From positions 18,808 to 82,807 of the forward strand of contig MHSR01000013.1 in assembly GCA_001822815.1 (NCBI GenBank): a DNA stretch of 64,000 bases, given 5' to 3'. The notes under the pieces were generated by a model. That model was not told the DNA's origin and did not search any database. It worked only from the letters and a program-made list of their open reading frames with translations. Made by a program: the position numbers and the translations under genes. Positions 57,721 to 64,000 of this stretch are shown here, in pieces. The first letter of the stretch is position 1. Each line of letters starts with the position of its first letter. This DNA comes from Candidatus Terrybacteria bacterium RIFCSPHIGHO2_01_FULL_43_35 (GTDB lineage: Bacteria > Patescibacteriota > Minisyncoccia > Terrybacterales > GWB1-40-14).

Positions 57721-58685
57721 TTGCTTCTCCTGAAGATCAGCGGTCGGCGGATGTAGATATTAAACGCAATGACAGCAATAGTTACAATCAAAGCAAGCAA
57801 TGCCGCGTATATCTTATCCTGCGTCATGACCGAAGATAAAGATAATTCATCATAGGAGTAAAGCTGTTCTGGTAATGGTCCGATCACCTCTGTGTCATTT
57901 TGATTATTAACCGAAATGAATTTTATGTTATTAATGACCGCAAAGGCTAACACTTTAGCAGAAGACCATCTACCACCTTTTATAGCGATCAATTCTATAG
58001 CAATACCCTTATCGTGGGCTTTCTGCAGAGAATCCAGAAATCTTGTTTCGGAATTATCTTCCATATCGCCTATGAAGACGATACGTTTGGCCTTAGAGTT
58101 AGTATGAACGAGGGTTCTTGTTGCGTATTCAACACCGTTGGCGCCGTCTGTTCCTCCGGTTAGGGGGCCCATAAGTGGGGTTGTAAGAAAACCGTATTTC
58201 AGAAACGGAGCAAAAAGTGCGTGGCTATCTGTGGGTACGGATATTGGTGAGAAGGCATAGGTGGCAAAAAATACCAGACCTATGTTTTCGTTTGGATTCG
58301 CCCCCAGAGTCCGCAATATAGCCTGCTGAGCTAACTGGTATTTATCACCCGTAGTCATGCTTCCGGAAATATCAACAACAATCATGGTGTCGCGACGATC
58401 GCTCGTCTGCGGATTAGAGCTATTAGATGCAGAATATCTAGGGTTGCCGGATGCGGCATAACTTAGCAATGCCGTTACCGCAAAAACCGCAGCAACCATC
58501 ATCAAACGGATGCGCTCGGCTCTTTTAGCATGTGGCCTTAACTCTTCAAGGGTTGCGTATTTCATTCCGGAAAGATTCTTCTTACGCAAGAAAAGTAAAA
58601 TAAGAACCGCGCCGACAAAGAAAAATACTCCTAGCGTCACCTCTAAAGAAGAGAGGACGCGTAAAAGATCGTAATCGTAGATCAT
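57717..58685 (-). CDS. VWA domain protein, BatB-like
   Basis: Two N-terminal TM helices. vWA MIDAS (MIVVDISGSM). Start/stop overlaps with its neighbours. Confidence 0.65.
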   Translation of the reverse strand: MIYDYDLLRVLSSLEVTLGVFFFVGAVLILLFLRKKNLSGMKYATLEELRPHAKRAERIRLMMVAAVFAVTALLSYAASGNPRYSASNSSNPQTSDRRDTMIVVDISGSMTTGDKYQLAQQAILRTLGANPNENIGLVFFATYAFSPISVPTDSHALFAPFLKYGFLTTPLMGPLTGGTDGANGVEYATRTLVHTNSKAKRIVFIGDMEDNSETRFLDSLQKAHDKGIAIELIAIKGGRWSSAKVLAFAVINNIKFISVNNQNDTEVIGPLPEQLYSYDELSLSSVMTQDKIYAALLALIVTIAVIAFNIYIRRPLIFRRSK

Positions 58686-59593
58686 TTAACGTCCTCCTTT
58701 CCATTATCGTGGTTTATGATGCGACAGAACTCATCAAGAATAGCCAAGACATCGCCCTTTTGCGGCAATGTTTCCTGAAAGGCGACTCTTTCGGCTCGCC
58801 ATCTTAGTTTGTTCAAAAGGCTACGTTGCTCATGGTCGTACTCTGCTTTGCGGCTTTCGTCTTCAAGTAAACCGGCGCAAGCCGCGAGGATCTTTCGGTG
58901 ATTAACACCTGGCGCAGAAAGTTTGCTACGCAACAGGTCAAGTTTTCTTAGAAGTTCGTTTTCGTAAACAAGCGGCTCCGCCGTTTGTTTGACGTCGCTG
59001 GTTTGCTCACCGCGCCACATGCGCCTGAGAGCAAAAACTCCCGTGCCAATAAGAAGAAGACCCAACAAAAGTATGCCGGCCCAAAACTCAAGACGAGAGA
59101 GCACTATAGGTTCATTCGGCCTGCGCATAACAACGTCTTCAGTTTTGACTTTGGGATCTATTTGCTGAGAAACAAAGATCGGTTCCTGTTTAACAACTAA
59201 ATCCTTGTCCGCGCCTAATTCCTTATAGGGAACGTGTATGTCGGGCAAAGAATAGCTGTTGCCCGGGAAACACGAAACGCACTGCACGCGCCAATAGATG
59301 GTAATTTCTCCGGGACGAGTCTCTATTCTGGGCTCGCCGCGCGCAAAGAATGGGTCGAATGAAGCAATTACTTTTTGCGGGTCAATGCTGATGGCATTTC
59401 TTGGATAACGCACATTAAGTTTAATTTGCAATTCATCGCCTAGGAAATTACCTCTTGGTGAAGTTTGTACTTGAGCGATTATGGAATCTGGATCTTGATT
59501 TTCCACTATTGGTCCAAAGAAAGCGATCAACCCAACAGTTGCTGTCAGGAGGATCGCCGGGATTGAGATCTTGAATAGGTTTCGCTTTCCCAT
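58682..59593 (-). CDS. Membrane protein of the Bat/DUF58 operon, hypothetical (possibly BatD/DUF4381-like)
   Basis: Signal/TM at the N-terminus and one central TM helix. Translationally coupled within the operon. Confidence 0.45.
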   Translation of the reverse strand: MGKRNLFKISIPAILLTATVGLIAFFGPIVENQDPDSIIAQVQTSPRGNFLGDELQIKLNVRYPRNAISIDPQKVIASFDPFFARGEPRIETRPGEITIYWRVQCVSCFPGNSYSLPDIHVPYKELGADKDLVVKQEPIFVSQQIDPKVKTEDVVMRRPNEPIVLSRLEFWAGILLLGLLLIGTGVFALRRMWRGEQTSDVKQTAEPLVYENELLRKLDLLRSKLSAPGVNHRKILAACAGLLEDESRKAEYDHEQRSLLNKLRWRAERVAFQETLPQKGDVLAILDEFCRIINHDNGKEDVK

Positions 59594-59622
59594 TTCATCC
59601 TCCTTTTTTTGTTGTTTGTTAG

Positions 59623-60537
59623 TTATCTGTTACCTTTACGCAAACGGGAGTCTGCCCATTCCAGAAAAACTTCTTCGCAGTATTCTTCATCGCTAGAAAC
59701 GAAGGTCAAGGGATCAACGCCTAAAGATCTAAAGAACGCAACGGCGTCTTGATAGTTATGCTCATGCTGATTGTGCAGACGCCTGGCTTCACTTTTGGTG
59801 ATAAATATTTCTCTCACGACACCGTTAGTTGCATCACGTAAGGGGATGGTAATACTATCTTGCGGAAAGGTCATTTCCCACTGCGGATGACGAATTATTA
59901 CTGGTTGTAGATTAAAACGGTCAATGGCGTCACCCAACAAATCTTCTGATGGTAACACGAAGAAATCCGAGAGGATAAAAACCAAACTACCGCGGGGTAA
60001 ATTGTGCTTAAGAGTAAAAAGTCTTTCTAGACATTCGCTTACATTATCCTCGTCTCCAAGAAAATTTTCGTTGCTAGAGGAGCGTCGTATACGCGCGATG
60101 CCCTCGTCGCCTTCTTCGGGCTTTCGGAAGTGTTCTTCGCCTTTGGCAAAATCGATGTAACCAATGGTCAGATGATTCTTAACGGCTCCATTAATTATGG
60201 CACCTGAAACCACTTTCATAATCTTGTGCTTATAAGATTCCCACTTTTCTGTTTCTGGGTTAAAAACATCACAAGCGCCCATTTTTGGCGAGCGGTCAAA
60301 AACCAAAAATACCGTTGGGTTGCGCTCGGCGTAATTCACTCGCACCATTACTTCTCCATGATGCGCGCTGGCCTTACGAGCTATTTTGCGAGCATCATCA
60401 CCGTGTTGATAAGGCCTGATGCCCTCAAGATCATATCCCTCTCCACGGAAAACGCTTCCCCAGGTACCAAGATGCGAACTGTGCACTCTTTCCAGCGGCG
60501 AAAGATCAACGTAGAAATCAGGAATGATTATTTCCAT
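59623..60537 (-). CDS. DUF58 family protein (vWA-like; usually partnered with a MoxR ATPase)
   Basis: DUF58 hallmark IRPYQHGDDARKIARKAS (the R-x-Y-x-x-GDD-x-R-x-I motif). Confidence 0.65.
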   Translation of the reverse strand: MEIIIPDFYVDLSPLERVHSSHLGTWGSVFRGEGYDLEGIRPYQHGDDARKIARKASAHHGEVMVRVNYAERNPTVFLVFDRSPKMGACDVFNPETEKWESYKHKIMKVVSGAIINGAVKNHLTIGYIDFAKGEEHFRKPEEGDEGIARIRRSSSNENFLGDEDNVSECLERLFTLKHNLPRGSLVFILSDFFVLPSEDLLGDAIDRFNLQPVIIRHPQWEMTFPQDSITIPLRDATNGVVREIFITKSEARRLHNQHEHNYQDAVAFFRSLGVDPLTFVSSDEEYCEEVFLEWADSRLRKGNR

Positions 60538-60795
60538 GGCTTAGCTCCTTTGATTTTCAAGGCGCTATCCTTGTAAAGGCAATAGTGATGCCTTTCTGTT
60601 AGGTATCGCTATATAACATTAATCCTTATGTGTCAAGCCAGTTCGAGAATTACGGAAAAAATTAACGGCTAAAGAAGTTTTGTGTCTTTAGCCGATGTAT
60701 ATGTTTATTTGCTTGAAAAATGGCGGCGATCCTCTAATAATATTTCTTGGTTTGTGGTATGACTGTTGATTTTTAAAATAAATCGATTGGAGACG

Positions 60796-60984
60796 TTAAT
60801 CGTGGTGCGCCATGGTTAAATCTTCCTTGTTTTTATTAGCAAATGTCGAGACAAATTCACGGATTTTTTTATCCGTTTCTTCCTGCGATAAGCCGTCCCT
60901 TCTTATCCGTGCTTTTTGGCCGCGTATATATTTTCTTAGGCCTGCTGGTAATCTCTTTTTCATAGCAGGAGAAGGATAGCTCAA
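60796..60984 (-). CDS. Small basic protein (62 aa), hypothetical
   Basis: Lys/Arg-rich ORF upstream of the DUF58 operon. Confidence 0.35.
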   Translation of the reverse strand: MSYPSPAMKKRLPAGLRKYIRGQKARIRRDGLSQEETDKKIREFVSTFANKNKEDLTMAHHD

Positions 60985-61029
60985 AAAAATACTCTTGGCA
61001 ACTGGGCCATTAAATCATCGAGGGATAAA

Positions 61030-62334
61030 TCATTTATCTGCTTCTCTGAGGGCCTTAACTGCTATTTGCCGGTCATCCCATGAAATTTTTTTGCCTGCGG
61101 CCACAGCCATTAAAGATTCGGAACCCTTACCGGTAATAATTACGGTTTCCCCGCTCCGAGCGATAGAAATAGCTTTTACGATGGCCGCTTTACGATCGAT
61201 CATTATTTCATAATTCTCTTTTTTGAAATTACTCTCCTTTAAGCCGGCTTCGATCTCGGCAATAATTTTAACGGGGTCTTCGTCATAAGGATCTTCGTTA
61301 GTCAAAATAATTTTTTGACAATAACGCACGGCAATCTTACCCATCTCTGGCCTTTTCCATTTATCCCGGCCGCCGCCAGCCGCTCCCAAAACGCATATTA
61401 AAACCGAGTTGGCGCCTAGCGCTTGGTAGACCGATTCAAGCGCTGCAGGCGTATGAGCATAATCAACAAAGACATTAATGCCTTTTTTATTTGGTATTTG
61501 TTCAAGCCTGCCTGGTATTTCTTTTATTTCCTGCAAGATTTTAGCCATGCTGTCCAACGACAAACCCTCGCTTATGCCGGCCGAAATAACAGCCAGCATA
61601 TTTTCGATATTTAAATCACCTCGTAGAGAAGATTGATATTTGGTGGTCGCAATATTAAAATCAATGCCGCTAGCATTTACTTGCTCATTTTGAGAAATAA
61701 CCTCTTGAGCCGCTTGGGGGATAGCCGCTCTTGGTTCTTGATCGTGTTTTCTGTAGACAAAAATTCTGTCGGCTCCAAACGACAAAAAGTATTGGGCTTT
61801 AGGATCAGCTAAATTAATGATTGATGTTTTTATTTTTTTATTGCTTTTAGCTAGCGCTCTAAACAAAACGCCTTTGGCTTCACGATACTTAACATATCCG
61901 CCGTGACGCTCAATGTGCTCTGGAGACAGATTGGTAAAAATTGCTGTATCAAAATCTACAAAGGCGTGGCGGTTTTGTACCAGACCTTCGCTCGTAACTT
62001 CAATTACGACGTGGGTGCAGCCGGCTTTAACTGCTTTGGCTAAAAAACTCTGCAGAAAAGCACGGCCCGGCATAGTCATTTTAAATTCATTCGGCCATAC
62101 TTTATCTCCTATTTGGAATTCTATGGAAGAGGAACTGGCAACTTTATAACCCGCCGCGGTAAGCATTTTAGCTAAAAGATAAACAACCGTAGATTTGCCG
62201 TTCGTGCCGGTCACGCCGATTACCTTCAATTTTCTTGATGGAAATCTAAAAAAAATGGCTCCGCTCATGGCCAGTAAATAATGGTACTTATTAATTACTA
62301 TTTCTGGAATTAACTTTCTTAGTACACCTCTCAT
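61030..62334 (-). CDS. murE: Mur ligase family protein (MurE-like UDP-N-acetylmuramoyl-tripeptide synthetase)
   Basis: ATP-binding P-loop VIGVTGTNGKSTV, then the Mur ligase middle and C-terminal domains. Specificity is not resolvable by eye. Confidence 0.6.
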   Translation of the reverse strand: MRGVLRKLIPEIVINKYHYLLAMSGAIFFRFPSRKLKVIGVTGTNGKSTVVYLLAKMLTAAGYKVASSSSIEFQIGDKVWPNEFKMTMPGRAFLQSFLAKAVKAGCTHVVIEVTSEGLVQNRHAFVDFDTAIFTNLSPEHIERHGGYVKYREAKGVLFRALAKSNKKIKTSIINLADPKAQYFLSFGADRIFVYRKHDQEPRAAIPQAAQEVISQNEQVNASGIDFNIATTKYQSSLRGDLNIENMLAVISAGISEGLSLDSMAKILQEIKEIPGRLEQIPNKKGINVFVDYAHTPAALESVYQALGANSVLICVLGAAGGGRDKWKRPEMGKIAVRYCQKIILTNEDPYDEDPVKIIAEIEAGLKESNFKKENYEIMIDRKAAIVKAISIARSGETVIITGKGSESLMAVAAGKKISWDDRQIAVKALREADK

Positions 62335-63368
62335 GAACGTAAAATTTTCCTTATGTTCTGATATAAGACATAACCAAAACGAGCAAGCGGCAAATCAAAA
62401 GCGTTTTCGTATTCTTCCTCATACCCACCGAAGCCTTTTTTAAAACGCGTTATACCTTGCCACTTAATATTATCTATCCCCCCCAAATCGTAAAGCAAGA
62501 AACCGTTCTCCTTTGCACTAGATAATATACGCCAATGCAGCAAATACGGAGCCATGACATCCCTGTGGTCCAAAACAGTTCCGCCGTGAATATAAACGGC
62601 TCTTGCGCCAAAATAGATGACAAGAGCCGCAGCCAGTGCGGTATTGTTATATTCGGCAAAATACAGTTCGCCAAAAGCTTTTTGCTTGAGGTGTTTTATG
62701 CCCGAATCAGTGCAAAAATAATCTATTAACTTATCGTAATATCCTTGGGCATAGCCCTTAATACCTTGACGCTTGGCGGTTGAAAATATTAATTTAGAGA
62801 AAATCTTTTTGTCTGAATCGCGAGAGGCGGCTTCTGATCTTCTTATTATAACGCCTCTCTTTAGGGCGATGCGTATATTATATCTTGTTTTTGGATGCAT
62901 TTTTGTCTGCAATTCTTGCTCGCTTAGGCTTAAATCCACAACCAAATTCTTGGCTGGCTGCAACGCCCTACCGATATTAATAAATCCCATACTGCCCAGA
63001 AAAGACATTTGGTTTTTTTGCTGCCCTTTTAAAAAAGACGGCTCCAGACGCAGAAAAGTTGATTTTTGCTGTTTGCCTATATTTACGGCCTGGTCCAAAA
63101 AATCCTTCCACAAATATAAAATATCGCCGGCAAAAATCGGTCCGCGAGGCACATAAATATAATTCTTGCCGAAGGGAAGATTATGTTTTATTAATGAGGC
63201 CCGAAATCCGCTGGGTGGCGAGGAATTACCTCTGTTATCGCATATGGCCCAGGTCTTTCTTCCGCATAATTCTTGAAATTTCGCCCATTCCAGTGATTGC
63301 AAAAAGGAGCCGCCACGGGCGGACACAAAAGCGTTCCAGTCTTTTTTGCATAAATCCTGTTCAGACAT
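62331..63368 (-). CDS. FemAB-family peptidoglycan interpeptide-bridge transferase
   Basis: FemAB/GNAT-like N-terminus (SFLQSLEWAKFQ...). Adjacent to and overlapping the Mur ligase gene. Confidence 0.6.
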   Translation of the reverse strand: MSEQDLCKKDWNAFVSARGGSFLQSLEWAKFQELCGRKTWAICDNRGNSSPPSGFRASLIKHNLPFGKNYIYVPRGPIFAGDILYLWKDFLDQAVNIGKQQKSTFLRLEPSFLKGQQKNQMSFLGSMGFINIGRALQPAKNLVVDLSLSEQELQTKMHPKTRYNIRIALKRGVIIRRSEAASRDSDKKIFSKLIFSTAKRQGIKGYAQGYYDKLIDYFCTDSGIKHLKQKAFGELYFAEYNNTALAAALVIYFGARAVYIHGGTVLDHRDVMAPYLLHWRILSSAKENGFLLYDLGGIDNIKWQGITRFKKGFGGYEEEYENAFDLPLARFGYVLYQNIRKILRS

Positions 63369-63376
63369 AGCCTGTC

Positions 63377-63958
63377 TTATTTTCCGCCTAGAATTTTTAA
63401 TGCCGCCTTGACCTTTTCTTCAAGATTCATATCGGTACCTAGCGGAATGTTTCTTAGGGCATCACGAGATTCTTTTTCCGAATAACCCAGCTTTTTTAAA
63501 ACATCCAGAACATCGGCCGAGATCTGCGGAAACTCTCCCATGACCAAAGCCAAGCCTTCATATTTTTCTTTTAGTTCTATAAGTATTTTTAGGGCTTTCT
63601 TCTTACCGATACCGGCAACTTTGGTCAAAACCTCATCGTCACCTGAGGCAATAGCTCGCTCTATATCTTCGACTGAAGCTTCGCCCAAAATAGCCAAAGC
63701 GCTTTTGGGGCCCACGCCAGGCACTTCAATGAGAAGATCAAAGAAAGCGAGTTCTTTGGCGCTTAAAAACCCATATAGTTCCACTGTCTTATTTTCGCGA
63801 AGAAAGAGGTGGGTAAAAATTTCCGTATCCGAGTTATCGACTGGTAAGCGCAGTAGGGTTTCTTTGGAAAGAAATGTTTTGTAGCCTACGCCTTGTACGT
63901 CTAAAACAATATATTTGTCTGTTTTTAAAATAATTTTGCCGTTTAACCAAGAAATCAT
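63377..63958 (-). CDS. ruvA: Holliday junction DNA helicase RuvA
   Basis: MISWLNGKI...LDVQGVGYKTFLS N-terminal OB domain. HhH motifs (PGVGPKSALAIL). C-terminal RuvB-interaction domain. Confidence 0.85.
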   Translation of the reverse strand: MISWLNGKIILKTDKYIVLDVQGVGYKTFLSKETLLRLPVDNSDTEIFTHLFLRENKTVELYGFLSAKELAFFDLLIEVPGVGPKSALAILGEASVEDIERAIASGDDEVLTKVAGIGKKKALKILIELKEKYEGLALVMGEFPQISADVLDVLKKLGYSEKESRDALRNIPLGTDMNLEEKVKAALKILGGK

Positions 63959-64000
63959 AAATTAGAAATTAGACATTAGAAATTAGTCATTATAAGTATA

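Noticed and set aside
1-64000. CRISPR arrays, rRNA genes, transposase or integrase genes
   Set aside because: No regularly spaced direct repeats, no rRNA-like conserved blocks, and no ORF with a recognisable transposase or integrase motif seen. The repeats present are MITE/REP-like and non-autonomous.

Overview
This window reads as a small-genome, CPR/Patescibacteria-like chromosome segment. It is mostly housekeeping, about 90% on the minus strand.

Identified genes include a topA 3' fragment, relA/spoT, parAB, hup, rny, glmS, leuS, tatD-metG, rsmI, glyQS, recO, ileS, argS, smpB with ssrA (tmRNA), infC-rpmI-rplT, a NUDIX hydrolase, an M50 protease, polX, an EndoQ-like PHP protein, a LOG-family protein, an RNase J-like hydrolase, a BatA-D/DUF58 aerotolerance-like operon, a Mur ligase, a FemAB-family protein and ruvA. 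There are two tRNAs, Leu-CAA and Arg-CCG.

Housekeeping genes mostly lack Shine-Dalgarno sequences.

The most notable observations are:
1. IleRS carries a roughly 180-aa SixA/PGAM-type histidine-phosphatase domain inserted between the two CxxC pairs of its zinc knuckle.
2. Both tRNAs are followed by degenerate copies of their own 3' halves, an att-site-like scar.
3. Several dispersed MITE/REP-like repeat families sit directly against start codons and fold into hairpins over the initiation region. One of them is inserted between rpmI and rplT.
4. GC-rich islets (31.3-33.8 kb, 34.6-35.3 kb, 47.0-48.0 kb, 54.4-55.0 kb) carry small genes with perfect SD sequences, paired about 230-nt structured repeats, and two orphan roughly 370-410 nt candidate ncRNAs with consensus sigma70 promoters and intrinsic terminators. 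I could not assign these to RNase P, SRP or 6S by eye.

No CRISPR array, rRNA, transposase or integrase was seen.
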